A stretch of 64,000 nt of DNA. It comes from a virus. Position numbers and translations under genes: made by a program. Under the pieces are notes generated by a model. The model was not told the DNA's origin and did no database searches. It saw only the letters and a program-made list of their open reading frames with translations. Positions 17,531-28,300 of this stretch are shown here, one piece after another. Position 1 is the stretch's first letter, and each line of letters opens with the position of its first letter. Location: the IMG/VR virus record IMGVR_UViG_3300011114_000356, positions 2,275 to 66,274 of that record; one strand, written 5' to 3'.

Positions 17531-18132
17531 TACGTTCTAAGCTTGATATAAACACTGATGAGATAGCTGATAAAGTCTTTAGACTTCAGAAGTATTGGAT
17601 ATCTAGATCAGATGACTTTGATTTCTATACCTTAGGTAGATGTGCATACCTAGATGGTAAGACCCATGCTTACAAAGAAGAGATTAAGATTCTTAACCCT
17701 ATCATGCGTGAAAGCTTTGGCGACACATATGATATCATTATTGATTACTTATCAGATCAATTCAAAGAGCCCATAAAGCTTAACTACACTTTAGCCCACC
17801 CTTCATTCCATATCTTTGTTTCAAGTCCAATACTACTTACCCATGCGGGTGTATGGCACCAAGACTATCCACATATTACTTTAGGGCTAGGGAGCAACAG
17901 TCCATTTACGTTTACTGTAGCGATTAAATTACCAACTGGAGGGGGAGGTATTGACTATATAGAAAATGGCCTACAAAGGTACTTACCGTACGAAATAGGG
18001 GGTATTATAGCTCACGATGGGGAAGTGCTGCACAGGATATCTAGCTTAAAAAATTATGTGCCTAATGAATATAGGATTAGCTTACAGGGACATTTAATAC
18101 GGATTGATGGCGTATTGAATATGTTTTGGTAA
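17518..18132 (+). CDS. 2OG-Fe(II) oxygenase superfamily protein
   Basis: HxD (WHQD), GGGID, distal H (VLHRI), RxS (YRISL). Confidence 0.8.
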   Translation: MSPFIRSKLDINTDEIADKVFRLQKYWISRSDDFDFYTLGRCAYLDGKTHAYKEEIKILNPIMRESFGDTYDIIIDYLSDQFKEPIKLNYTLAHPSFHIFVSSPILLTHAGVWHQDYPHITLGLGSNSPFTFTVAIKLPTGGGGIDYIENGLQRYLPYEIGGIIAHDGEVLHRISSLKNYVPNEYRISLQGHLIRIDGVLNMFW

Positions 18133-18236
18133 CTATACGAAGAAGTCGTAAGCAATTAAACCCATACGAATAAAGCCATAAAAGAAATACATAATAGCTA
18201 TAACGATAATTGCATGGACAATAGGTTCTACTTTTT

Positions 18237-18398
18237 TCATCTTTTTTGTTTCTTTAATTTACGTACAATCTGGAACTTCTTTTCATTACTGTATTCATTC
18301 CAATGCGTAATGTCGTGCTTGGATCTACCACAACCTACACAATGATTATTCTCTAGCTTGCATATCTTAATGCAAGGACTAGCCACCTCACTCTTCAT
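18237..18398 (-). CDS. DUF1289-like Cys-rich protein
   Basis: SPCIKICKL..CVGCGRS..ITHW. Confidence 0.75.
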   Translation of the reverse strand: MKSEVASPCIKICKLENNHCVGCGRSKHDITHWNEYSNEKKFQIVRKLKKQKR

Positions 18399-18582
18399 AG
18401 TGGTCTGATGGGATATTGATATCATATTTTATATCGTTCATGATATCTGTATCTGTATCGTAAATTCCTGTATCTTTATATGACTTGTTTTTTTTCTTAC
18501 CCCATATACGATCATATGCCTCATCATAGGCTTCTTTATTGGTCGGTCTTTGTTTACTGCCTTTTCCTGCTTCACTTGCCAT
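18388..18582 (-). CDS. hypothetical phage protein
   Basis: GKGSKQRPTNKEAYDEAYDRIWG; RBS AAGGA. Confidence 0.65.
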   Translation of the reverse strand: MASEAGKGSKQRPTNKEAYDEAYDRIWGKKKNKSYKDTGIYDTDTDIMNDIKYDINIPSDHYEE

Positions 18583-18584
18583 AC

Positions 18585-18758
18585 TTATTTCCTTACACAC
18601 AAAATGACTGGGGTCACCCCTGGCCGTTTACTAAAATTATCATACTTTTCTATTATAGCAGTCTTAGCATTTTCGCAAGAGAGGTGAGAATCAAAATCTA
18701 CACTGTATGTTTCAACTGACATATTGCCAAACATGATGACTATCATTATGTAATGCAT
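18585..18758 (-). CDS. small exported-type protein (57 aa, not in ORF track)
   Basis: RBS AGGAG; MHYIMIVIMFG..FDSHLSCENAK..ILCVRK. Confidence 0.55.
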   Translation of the reverse strand: MHYIMIVIMFGNMSVETYSVDFDSHLSCENAKTAIIEKYDNFSKRPGVTPVILCVRK

Positions 18759-18766
18759 AATATCTC

Positions 18767-19477
18767 CTATACAAGTTTACCAGTCCATTGACCATTTTCA
18801 TTTAATACCATCGGCATAAGCTTTGGTTGACCATTGATAATCATACCGCAACCTACAATGAATCTAGTTTTAAAGTTCTTGGCATATTGGAATGCCATTG
18901 ACTTTTGATTGATGAGACAGCCTACCTGCATTCCCCAAACTAAAGCATCTGGATTAGAATAGTAACCAATACTAAACTTGGTATGATAGTGGCCTTGCAC
19001 TGTGTTCATCCCGTATTGCATGGCTACTTTAAGCACATCAGCAGATAATCCATGCGTAAAGAAACAACGTGAACCATCTGATAATGTAATTGTATGGTCA
19101 TCAACCCACTGCCAACCATTGCCTACGCCAAGATAATCATTGTAATGTTTGAGGTAACCTTTAGGCACACCATGTTTAAGTGCACGTCTAAACAACATAG
19201 ATGAATGGTTTGAGTGAACGATAGTCATCTTTGGGAATATCTTTTCAAGCTTTTGAATATAAGATATGGAGGCTGCAAGCTCATGGCCAGCAGAGTATAG
19301 GTCTGGGTCAGAGTCGTGCATAGACATCGCATGCATATCTAGTTCATCGCCTATATTGACTACATGGTCTGGTTTGTATTTTGTTTTAAGGGCTTTAAGA
19401 AAAGCAAAGGCTTGTGGGTGGTGATAAGGTATATGCAGATCCGAGATTACTAATACTGATTTATATTTTGTTGCCAT
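18767..19477 (-). CDS. calcineurin-like metallophosphoesterase
   Basis: SDLH, GDELD, SNH, THG, GHYH. Confidence 0.9.
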   Translation of the reverse strand: MATKYKSVLVISDLHIPYHHPQAFAFLKALKTKYKPDHVVNIGDELDMHAMSMHDSDPDLYSAGHELAASISYIQKLEKIFPKMTIVHSNHSSMLFRRALKHGVPKGYLKHYNDYLGVGNGWQWVDDHTITLSDGSRCFFTHGLSADVLKVAMQYGMNTVQGHYHTKFSIGYYSNPDALVWGMQVGCLINQKSMAFQYAKNFKTRFIVGCGMIINGQPKLMPMVLNENGQWTGKLV

Positions 19478-19495
19478 GATTTCCCTTTCGTTAGT

Positions 19496-19843
19496 TTATA
19501 ATTCTTTTCTATCAAAGCCGTATAAAGCATTGAATTGATACATCAATTTCCTAAATGTCTTATCGTGCTTATCATAGTGTGTTTTACCATCTAAGTAAAG
19601 CTTTAGATGAACCATCTCATGTGCAACAGTTCTCATCATGTTGACATAGGTTTCTTGATGGTGGGTGCTGATCCGCATCACCATGGGTTCTACATCAAAC
19701 TCACCGCAGATGGTTGGATCGGTATTACTTTCAAATATGATTTTGTGAGGGGCTGGAAGATTCCAGTCATTGAACGGAGGCATCTTTCTCAACATATCAT
19801 ACGTGACTCTAATTGTATAATCGTTGATAAGACGAGTTGTCAT
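19496..19843 (-). CDS. SprT-like zinc metalloprotease
   Basis: VAHEMVH followed by HDKTF. Confidence 0.75.
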   Translation of the reverse strand: MTTRLINDYTIRVTYDMLRKMPPFNDWNLPAPHKIIFESNTDPTICGEFDVEPMVMRISTHHQETYVNMMRTVAHEMVHLKLYLDGKTHYDKHDKTFRKLMYQFNALYGFDRKEL

Positions 19844-20080
19844 TTATAATCCTTGATTGGATTCTACGAGTCGTAGTGTGGACTCTTTAAAACTTTTTAT
19901 GCCGCTAAACTTTTCAGCTTGGCTATGGTCTGCAAATAAAGGGGTGAGGACTATGTTATGTTTCTTGGTAGGCAGGTCTTTAAACCAAGACATATCAGTA
20001 GGACGTATAGGCATAATAGCTGACCAAACTATCGCACCATTATGGTCAAATTCTTGTAGTAACCACGCATCAGGCTTCAT
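19844..20080 (-). CDS. hypothetical protein
   Basis: MKPDAW..TPLF; in operon. Confidence 0.6.
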   Translation of the reverse strand: MKPDAWLLQEFDHNGAIVWSAIMPIRPTDMSWFKDLPTKKHNIVLTPLFADHSQAEKFSGIKSFKESTLRLVESNQGL

Positions 20081-20203
20081 CTTTTAATCCTTCCACAGCT
20101 ATCCTACTTACAAAACTACATGATGCTCTAAATGCAACAAATACTATTGCAAATGGAATCATACATATCCCTAAGATCCCTACGAATAAACCAAACTGTG
20201 TTT

Positions 20204-20497
20204 TCATTTTATCTCCAAGTGTTCTTTTTCAAATAACCAGCCTATTGTTTTTCTATGGGCATCTTCCCACATTTCTATTCTTTCTTCCCTGGTCATTTTA
20301 CTTCCTTGATCTAGGTTAGAATGACATTTATAGCACATTGCTGCAATTCTGTAATCATGAGATTTAAGGGATATGGATTTACCATCCCTTGATTGATTGG
20401 AATGAGCAGCAACAACCGTGCCATCTTCAATCCCACACACTTGACATGGAGACTCTCTGACAATCTCCAAAAGCTTTTTGTTTCTATACAATGCCAT
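20204..20497 (-). CDS. DUF1364/YbcO-like zinc-binding putative nuclease
   Basis: CQVC..VAAHSN..AMCYKCH. Confidence 0.75.
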   Translation of the reverse strand: MALYRNKKLLEIVRESPCQVCGIEDGTVVAAHSNQSRDGKSISLKSHDYRIAAMCYKCHSNLDQGSKMTREERIEMWEDAHRKTIGWLFEKEHLEIK

Positions 20498-20678
20498 GAG
20501 CTTCTTCTATGGATCTAGCAAATTGAATTAGATCATCTGGCTCATCTACATTCCAATCATTATTTTTAAGTATAGATATAATCTTTTCATCTGATAAAGG
20601 TTTTTGAACTTTAGGTAATTTATCCATGTCTTCAGAAGTTAGCTTCTGTTCCATCCATTGTTTGTAGTTTTCCATCAA
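20484..20678 (-). CDS. hypothetical protein
   Basis: KPLSDEKI..FARSIEEAHGI. Confidence 0.65.
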   Translation of the reverse strand: MMENYKQWMEQKLTSEDMDKLPKVQKPLSDEKIISILKNNDWNVDEPDDLIQFARSIEEAHGIV

Positions 20679-20878
20679 TGCATTCTCCTACGCATATTAG
20701 ACTCTAAAGTCTTAAGCTTACCTTCTAGCTTTTTAATCTTATCATTCATAGCACGGGATTCTATGTTATGTTCAGTGACTTTCTTGCCTAATCCTTCTAA
20801 ACATTTACCCATGCGGATACCTAATTCTTTGTCTAGTCTATAGACTTCTTCGGCTATTTTAATGAGTTCTTGGAACAT
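20675..20878 (-). CDS. coiled-coil hypothetical protein
   Basis: Coupled ORF. Confidence 0.55.
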   Translation of the reverse strand: MFQELIKIAEEVYRLDKELGIRMGKCLEGLGKKVTEHNIESRAMNDKIKKLEGKLKTLESNMRRRMH

Positions 20879-21185
20879 AAGCTTCCTTTGGTTTAACCAT
20901 TTTATCTAAACATTCCTTACATTTAAACCTTTTAATCAATCTATTAGCAGTATACACCACTTTGCCTGTATCTTTATTCTTAAACTTTAAACAAGAAGAG
21001 CAGTATCTTTTATCCACTTTTCTTCCTTCTTTTAATGGGAGGGAGTCCTACACTTACTTCTTCTTCCATCATACGTTTGGCCATAGCTTTAGATTCTTCT
21101 GGAATGTTATGTAATGGAGTTCCTCTTATAAGAAACCCCATCATAGCCATGCCAGCGTAGACCGCTTCAAGTTGTTCTTTATCGT

Positions 21186-21470
21186 TCATTTTGTTTTCTC
21201 CAATGCCTGTAACTCATTGACTATCGTAGTACCTATTTCTTTACTCATAACAGATATAGACATAGCATAATCATTAGATAATACAACTTGAATAGAATCT
21301 TTTACACCTTGATTGTATCCACTATCATATTCTTTATGTCCATCAATAATCATTTGAATAGCATTACGTATAAGCTCGGATGCTTTACGATTCTTTGCTA
21401 CAGCCTTAAGCTTAATAATTAAATCTGCAGGCAGGTATACGGAATAAGGTGTTAGCTTTTTGGTGTCCAT
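21186..21470 (-). CDS. ribbon-helix-helix DNA-binding protein
   Basis: YSVYLPADL..KASELIRNAI. Confidence 0.65.
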   Translation of the reverse strand: MDTKKLTPYSVYLPADLIIKLKAVAKNRKASELIRNAIQMIIDGHKEYDSGYNQGVKDSIQVVLSNDYAMSISVMSKEIGTTIVNELQALEKTK

Positions 21471-21886
21471 GCCTTATACTTTCTATATAATTGATCGAGT
21501 AGATTCTGTGCCTCTAAGTTAGTTTTAAGTTGAGATCTAGATTCTAAGTTTAAATAGAACCTTAACCATTGTGTAGCAGACTCATAGTCCTTGGTAGATA
21601 TCTCACTACTTGAATATAAGTATTCCCAGAATTTTGGATCACGGCATAACAATCCTGCAATACGTAATGCACGATCACCTGCAAATTCCTCCTGTCTATC
21701 AATAGCAGATTCATTAGAATCCAGTCTCACCATTACCACTTGGTATCTAGCACCAACGAAATCCCTAAGTAAGTCCTCAGGAATGTCGTCAGGATGCATA
21801 GATAATGTAAGCACATATCCAGTTTTATCTTGCTTGAGGGCTACTTTCACGCCCTCAAATTGGATAGTCCTAACAGTTTCGTTCAT
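21452..21886 (-). CDS. conserved hypothetical phage protein
   Basis: FEGVKVALKQDKTG..LCRDPKFW..SRSQL. Confidence 0.7.
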   Translation of the reverse strand: MNETVRTIQFEGVKVALKQDKTGYVLTLSMHPDDIPEDLLRDFVGARYQVVMVRLDSNESAIDRQEEFAGDRALRIAGLLCRDPKFWEYLYSSSEISTKDYESATQWLRFYLNLESRSQLKTNLEAQNLLDQLYRKYKAWTPKS

Positions 21887-22080
21887 TTCAATTTACTTTC
21901 TAAGTATGAGATTACAGCTTTATATCCTGTAACCTGATGTTTAAGGTTAAGTAAATCAACTTCAAGATCATCTCTAGAGTTCTTAACGTGTTCACAGAAC
22001 TTAAAGAGTTCATCATAGTCATCTTGTAATGTCTTAATGATTTGATCTTTCTGTTGCATTTCAGTTAGCTTCTTAGCCAT
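21883..22080 (-). CDS. coiled-coil hypothetical protein
   Basis: RBS GGGAG before MAKKL. Confidence 0.55.
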   Translation of the reverse strand: MAKKLTEMQQKDQIIKTLQDDYDELFKFCEHVKNSRDDLEVDLLNLKHQVTGYKAVISYLESKLK

Positions 22081-22082
22081 GA

Positions 22083-22364
22083 TTACTCCCAAGGATTCTT
22101 TCCAGCTGGTGTAGATGGTTTTTCATATGGCTCAGATACTGCAGCTGATAAGTATTGCTCACCAGATGATTTACCTACTTGCTTCCATAATGAAATGCTT
22201 AATCCAATAAGTGGCTTATCTTTATGTTTAGTAAGTAAGTCAATTAATAGATTGCGGTCTACATGAATGTTACCTCTCATGTCAGGCTGACTATCTGACT
22301 TCTTCTCTTTATTGATAAAGATTGCACCACGGTTAGGTTTTTGTTCGTATACTTGTTGAGCCAT
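22083..22364 (-). CDS. putative ssDNA-binding protein
   Basis: NRGAIFINKEK..QPDMRG..SLWK..YLS; next to ERF. Confidence 0.55.
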   Translation of the reverse strand: MAQQVYEQKPNRGAIFINKEKKSDSQPDMRGNIHVDRNLLIDLLTKHKDKPLIGLSISLWKQVGKSSGEQYLSAAVSEPYEKPSTPAGKNPWE

Positions 22365-22528
22365 TATTTATTCTCCTCTGTTTTAGTTTCTGTTTTTGGT
22401 AATTGTTGTTCTACTTGGTCTTTAATTTTTTGAATCAAAGTCCAAGCTCCTGTCTTAGTTGGAAGTTCTGCCAATACTCCCATTAAGAATCCTGTTTCCT
22501 CTTGCGTTAACTCAAGCTTCATGTTCAT
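22364..22528 (-). CDS. hypothetical protein
   Basis: LELTQEE..LAELPTKTGAW; start uncertain. Confidence 0.5.
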   Translation of the reverse strand: MNMKLELTQEETGFLMGVLAELPTKTGAWTLIQKIKDQVEQQLPKTETKTEENK

Positions 22529-23204
22529 GTAACTTTTCCTTTTCAAGTTTAGTTTTTACTTCTGTAAATTTTGTCATCATATCAGTAAAGAAAGCTGGGT
22601 CTGTCAACTTGACAGTATCAAACAAAAGCTTATTCTTTTTAAAGATCATTAAGACATCTTCAGATTTGGTACACATATCTAAGAACATATATGTTGCATC
22701 TCTGATTAGTTCCAACCATCCCTTAACGTCACCGCCAAGAGGATCAGCTGGAGCATCTATTTGCCACTCGCCTTTAAGACCTACAATGCGTGGACTTTCA
22801 ACTGTAGGTTCAGCTTTTTTTGAGTGAGTTCCAGCTACAGCATCAAGAGAGTCGTGTTCAACAATCTCCATCGCTGCCACCCAAAGATAGCGTCTCAAAT
22901 AGGTTTGCACCGCCCCCAAATTCTGAATGGCGTGACAACCTTTTAACTCAGCCGTAGACATTGGAGACTTGAATTCAATCTTATCTTCAGGTTTTTCTAC
23001 ATCTACAATAGTCAGAATAGCAAGGTCTGTATAGAATGTAATCGTTCCACACAATCCTTTTTCTGTGAAAATATTTTGAACTGTAGGTAAGAAATCACCT
23101 AGCTCAAAGTATTCAAAGCCAGCAAATTTATTCTTGCCAGACTTCTTTAATGCGGTCGCTTGGAGTTGAATCCTTGCTTCCTGTAGTTTTTTATATACAC
23201 TCAT
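22512..23204 (-). CDS. erf: ERF-family ssDNA annealing protein
   Basis: KKSGKNKFAGFEYFELGD..QNLGAVQTYLRRY. Confidence 0.88.
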   Translation of the reverse strand: MSVYKKLQEARIQLQATALKKSGKNKFAGFEYFELGDFLPTVQNIFTEKGLCGTITFYTDLAILTIVDVEKPEDKIEFKSPMSTAELKGCHAIQNLGAVQTYLRRYLWVAAMEIVEHDSLDAVAGTHSKKAEPTVESPRIVGLKGEWQIDAPADPLGGDVKGWLELIRDATYMFLDMCTKSEDVLMIFKKNKLLFDTVKLTDPAFFTDMMTKFTEVKTKLEKEKLHEHEA

Positions 23205-23488
23205 ATATTGCCTTTCTTTAGCTTGTTAATTCTTTCAAGTTCTGATTTAGCATAGAACAAAATCTTTTTTATACCTCTTTCTTCATCGCAATGTGCTGCT
23301 TGATTGTAACGATAGCACTCACGAAAAATTTCACCAATCTGTGCATTCATGTTCTTTGCACTAATTAAATCTTGTAGCTCAGTTGCACCTTCTGGCAATT
23401 CATAATAACTTGCAGTAGATCCATCTGATTGTATCTTATCGTCATGCTCTTCAAATTTTTTACTAAACCAATTAAATCTTTTAGCCAT
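23201..23488 (-). CDS. DUF3310-like protein
   Basis: SDGSTASYYELP..LQDLI..IGEIFRECYRY..KKILFY. Confidence 0.6.
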   Translation of the reverse strand: MAKRFNWFSKKFEEHDDKIQSDGSTASYYELPEGATELQDLISAKNMNAQIGEIFRECYRYNQAAHCDEERGIKKILFYAKSELERINKLKKGNI

Positions 23489-24359
23489 TGTTAGCCTCCA
23501 AATAATCTTTATATTGTTTACACCATTTATTTACAGGACAATAGCTTTTACATCTTGTACGTTCTCCTGGTCTTACTTGTATTTCATATGCATCACCAAG
23601 TTCAGCTAATGCTGTTTTAGCAAACTCTTCAAACTCATATACTGCCTTGGCTCTTGTATTACCTTTTTTAATTACAGCCCATTGTGTAGGTTTCTCCCAC
23701 ATCTCTTGTGGAGTGCAGTCAGGTAATGTTTCACCCGCTTCTAATGCAAACTCACACGCACTATGAAAGGCAATACGTTCTAATATAAATCTTTCTTGCT
23801 GTTCGTATGTCCATAAACGAATAGGTAACTCTTTAATAGGTGACTCAGGATAGTTTTCTTTAGTACCTACTTCACGTTCTTTCCAATCACGAAGGATCGC
23901 TACAATACCTAATGATTTAATCGTAACCTTTTTATTAAATGCAACTAACCATGCATAGATGTTAAGCTGTTGCTCCCATTCAATCTTTTCATTCATGACA
24001 GACCATACAGATGTTGTCTTATAGTCTTTAATATGAATGCCATCAGAGTCAACCACTTGAAGATCAACTGCACCAGAGATTTTCCAACCATCTAGTTCAG
24101 CATGAAGTCTTTGCTCAACAATATGATTCTCATCTTTACCATGCTCTAATACACCATGCATAGCTGAACCAAATAAAGACCATATCATTTGAGATACATC
24201 TTGCTCTATCTCATCACTATACTTAGTTGTTAAGGTTACAATCTTTGGACTATTAAGTAACTGAGTCGCAGATATATGTGACTTACCCTTGTTGTATGTA
24301 GGACGTTCAAGAACGTTTACAAACGTTTGGGGTATATTAAATTTATTGGTAAGTTTCAT
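23481..24359 (-). CDS. PD-(D/E)XK (Cas4-like) exonuclease
   Basis: ISATQL, FGSAMH, SGAVDL..DYKT, C-terminal RC..YC....WC. Confidence 0.85.
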   Translation of the reverse strand: MKLTNKFNIPQTFVNVLERPTYNKGKSHISATQLLNSPKIVTLTTKYSDEIEQDVSQMIWSLFGSAMHGVLEHGKDENHIVEQRLHAELDGWKISGAVDLQVVDSDGIHIKDYKTTSVWSVMNEKIEWEQQLNIYAWLVAFNKKVTIKSLGIVAILRDWKEREVGTKENYPESPIKELPIRLWTYEQQERFILERIAFHSACEFALEAGETLPDCTPQEMWEKPTQWAVIKKGNTRAKAVYEFEEFAKTALAELGDAYEIQVRPGERTRCKSYCPVNKWCKQYKDYLEANNG

Positions 24360-24644
24360 TTAAGCCTCACAGTTTCCACCCACACACATAGAATTATGTA
24401 ATACGACCTCTCCTAATTCATCATATGCTTTGTCTTTAGCTATGGCATCAGCTGATCTAGAAACATCATCAAGTAAATGATATTCAGTTTCCATGCAACG
24501 CATCTTAATTAATAAGCCACGATCACGTCCATGATCTGCTAATACAGAGATAATAAAGTCTGTAGGTTCTACATTCCAAGACTGAACGTCAGCATACTTC
24601 TTATCATCCATTTCAACTTCAGCTAATACTAAAAATCTTTTCAT
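24360..24644 (-). CDS. hypothetical protein
   Basis: RBS GAAAGGA; ends CVGGNCEA. Confidence 0.6.
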   Translation of the reverse strand: MKRFLVLAEVEMDDKKYADVQSWNVEPTDFIISVLADHGRDRGLLIKMRCMETEYHLLDDVSRSADAIAKDKAYDELGEVVLHNSMCVGGNCEA

Positions 24645-24645
24645 G

Positions 24646-24858
24646 TTAGTTTCCTTTCTCAGCACGTTCTGATCTAACTTTCATAAATGCATCAGCAATC
24701 TCATAACATTGATCTGCTAATATGGTTGCATTCATACCTTGTGTGTATATCATAGGCATAACTCTTACAGCAATATAATCCTCTACGCTCATGTCTTGAA
24801 CATATTCTGTTACATCGTAATACGGATCATCTGGATATAATTCGACACCACTCGTCAT
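24646..24858 (-). CDS. hypothetical protein
   Basis: MSVEDYIA..CYEIADAFMKVR; RBS GAAAGGGA; end taken from ORF track. Confidence 0.65.
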   Translation of the reverse strand: MTSGVELYPDDPYYDVTEYVQDMSVEDYIAVRVMPMIYTQGMNATILADQCYEIADAFMKVRSERAEKGN

Positions 24859-24894
24859 ATTGTTCCCTTTCTATGTTAATATGAATGAGGCACC

Positions 24895-24957
24895 ATATTG
24901 GCACAATGTAAAATATATGTCAATAGGTTGTACCCATATTAATTCATCTGCTATAAT
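24895..24957. promoter_or_regulatory. divergent sigma70 promoters
   Basis: Minus: TTGACA-17-CAATAT with TGn; plus: TTGTAC-18-TATAAT with TGn. Confidence 0.7.
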
Positions 24958-24964
24958 ACACGTT

Positions 24965-25330
24965 ATGAATATGATAATGTTAGAACTTCCATACCCTCCA
25001 TCCGTCAATCATTATTGGGGACAAAAAGGTAATCAACGCTTTATTGGTAAAAAAGGTAAAGAATTTCGTGTAGCAGTGCAGCTAGAATGCCTCATAAAGG
25101 GCATTAAAAGCCTTCCTGGGCGACTTTCTGTTTCAATTGACCTCTACCCCCCAGACAATCGCAAACGTGACCTAGATAACGTCCTAAAAAGCCTTTTAGA
25201 TGCTATGGAACACGCTGGTTGTTATGAGAATGATTCTCAAATAGATAAGCTATCTATTGTTAGAATGGAAGTAGTGAAGGATGGAAAATGCTTTGTTTCT
25301 ATTATTCAGCAGACTTTTGGAGAGCTTTAA
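24965..25330 (+). CDS. rusA: RusA Holliday junction resolvase
   Basis: LPYPPSVNHYW, PPDNRKRDLDNVLKSLLD, ENDSQI. Confidence 0.92.
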   Translation: MNMIMLELPYPPSVNHYWGQKGNQRFIGKKGKEFRVAVQLECLIKGIKSLPGRLSVSIDLYPPDNRKRDLDNVLKSLLDAMEHAGCYENDSQIDKLSIVRMEVVKDGKCFVSIIQQTFGEL

Positions 25331-28300
25331 CTTTATTGTTAAACTTTTCCATCATTCTAGCCTTTTGTTCTTCAATCTGTTGAAGTCTTTCTTTCGGAGC
25401 TTTTTTGTCTATAAGCTCACGTTTCTTTTTATTTAAAGCATTAATTTTATTTTCAACTGTATTAGCTTGTCTCCAAAGTCTAGCCTCTGGATGATCTTTA
25501 AAGAAGTCTGACATATCTTCTCTATTCTTTCTGCGACCTTTAGCTTCTTGTTCGTAGTTAGCCATCTCTGTAATGTTCTTATAAAATCTTTGTGAGATTG
25601 CTGCTTGTGATCCTACTTCTCCGTAGAAACGACCCGCTAATGGAACTCTGTATGATGGGAGCTCTTCACCTGTAGATACGGATTTAACAGCCTGGCCTAC
25701 CTTCATAATTTCACGACCAAGACCGCCAGTAAGTTGACCACCATAGTAATCAATCTCATCTGCTGTAGGACTGTAATAGCCTTTTTGATATTTAGATCCA
25801 CCTGACGCAAGGTTCAAGTAATAAGCAAGTTGTTTACTAATCTCGCTTGAAGATTCTCGTGAGCGAGTATAGCCTGGTGTAGGATTGGTTGATCTATCTG
25901 GACGGAAAATAGGACGGCCAAATGCATCTTTGTTTTGACCCACAGCCATTAATGGATCAAGTGCAGTAGGCGTAATAGTTTGTAATGAGAATCCAGTACT
26001 GCCTAATGGGTTGAATGAATCAGCAATTGCAGCTGAAAGGTTAGCCATACGCTCTCCTGGCTTGCCATATAACCATAACTCTACAGCTGTTCTGCCAAAG
26101 TTAGGAAATATATTGAAACCTAATGGATAAGGTATAGTCATATACTTACCACCAGCTAATGGCACAATAAAGTTACGTTCACGCACAAACTCTGGCGGAT
26201 CATCGTCACCATAGCCAGCCGCAGCCAACATGACACCTTGAACACCTCCAGCAATCATACCGCCATAAATAATCTTACGTCCAGCAGGACCTAATAATGT
26301 TCTAGCAATACGATCAGTACCTTGTACGGATGCATTAAAGAATGCATAGAGTGAGTTGATATTAGATGTCAATTGACCTTTTTTATCAAAGTTAACTGTT
26401 AAGTCCTTAGCTAAGATAGCTGCGTCTTGTTTTGAAAGACCTTTATCTAAAGCTACTTTGTATGCAGATAAACGGATAGCGTTTTCCATCATATCGTTGA
26501 AGTCTGATAAAGAGTTCACAATATAACCAAATGCTTTCTTAGCATTGTTATCTTTCATCTTATCTAATGTATGTTGGATAAATTTCTTTTCTTCAGCTGT
26601 TCTAACTAATGACTCTCTATATCCTGTTTGGAATCCATTAGCTCTAGCATCTTTAAATAGTTGTGCCCATGGTCCTTGTGTATCTGTAATACCTTTACGC
26701 TCATCCCTTAACACATTAAGCACGCCACGCATAGCTGGAAGCACACCTGCTAATACAGCCTTTTGTTCTCCTTTGATTGGAGTAGTAGATAAGTTAAGTA
26801 ATGCACCTTGAACGTCACGGTTTAAGTTAACGAAACCAAAGATAGGGTTGTATTGTGTATTAACGTTTTTGAACCATCGAGTAAACTGACCAAGTAATCC
26901 AACTACAGAGGATACTTGTTCTACATCTAAATTTCTTAAAGCTTGAACCATACGTAATGCACGTGGGTCTTTAGCATTAAAGAATATGTATCTATCTTTA
27001 CCATTGATGCGAACTGGGAATACATTGTCTTTGTATCTGTTTAAGATATTTATTTTAGAATCTACAACTTCTTTAGTTGAGTCTATAGGAAGACCTGTAT
27101 CAGGATCGTATGTAACTTGTGTTTGTTTTTTTAGATATCTCTCTGTAGGTTCTTTCATTAAGTTATTAGCTAGATATTCTGGATCATCTAAACCTAAAGA
27201 ATTTAACTCAGCAATCAATGCTTCTTTACTTTTCACTGCATCTGGATTAATAGCAAGCCAGAATTTAGGGTTTGCATTCTGAAGAACCAAACCAAATAAA
27301 GCACGACCCACTCTAATCTTTTCGGCACGAATTAAAGCACGCTCACGTTGAGCAATGATATTGCCTAAGATATCATCTACAGCTTTTAAAGAACCCATAG
27401 CACGCTTACTGAATGTACCACGGCTGCCTAAGCCTTGACCTACACCAACTAATCCTGGAGCACGAGCAATCTCATCTTCTTTACGGAATAAAGGAACATA
27501 GTGTTTGTACATATCATTCCATAGGTCTACGGTAGATTGTGTCTCTGCACCAGAGTCTACCAAGACTTGTTGTGTGCCACGAATCATAGAGTCAAATTTA
27601 CCAGCTAATTGTTCTAATACACGTTTCTTGTCTGCATTTAAATTACTTAAGAATGCTCTTGCATCAGCTGTAGACATTCCAGATGCTTTGTCTCTTAACT
27701 CAGCATTATCTGGATTAATTTTATTCATTTGAATATTACGTTCTTCTGCGTGTCTAGCGTGTAAGAAAGTTTCCATTTCTTCTGGAGTAACTTTTAAGCT
27801 ATGCATTTCATTAATGACAGGCAATAAATCTTTAAGTAAGAACTGTCTTAAACCATCAGCAGTACGTCCATGGTATAGTTTTTCTTTGCCATATACATCC
27901 CACTCATTACCAATATCACGTCCAGCTTTTTGAATAATCTCTTGTACACGTTTAGTGTCAATAAGTTTGTCTTGTAGGTGGTAAAGGATATTGTCTAATT
28001 TAGATTCTGTAGGGCCATGCCATACACCTTCTACTTGTTGACCATAGATATTAGTTGCAGTATTTTGTGGAATCTCAGCTGGAATTTCTTGTGGTCTTCT
28101 AAATATTCTTTGAATACGCTCTCTAATCCCAGATGGCTCTACTTCTTTTCCAGACGGCAATACATCTGAGTATCGACCACGAGCTTTCATTTCACCCATA
28201 AACCCAGGTAAATCTTTACCAGTAAACAAATTACCAGATACATTCATTACATCATCAAATAAAGTAGCTTCATCTGGGGATACATTAAGCATCTTTTTAA

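Noticed and set aside
18600-18720. Possible tRNA-like element (GGGGTCACCCC)
   Set aside because: No cloverleaf or T-loop; lies inside a small minus-strand ORF with a good RBS
23481-24359. Cas4 as part of a CRISPR system
   Set aside because: No array or other cas genes; sits with ERF and SSB-like genes in a recombination module
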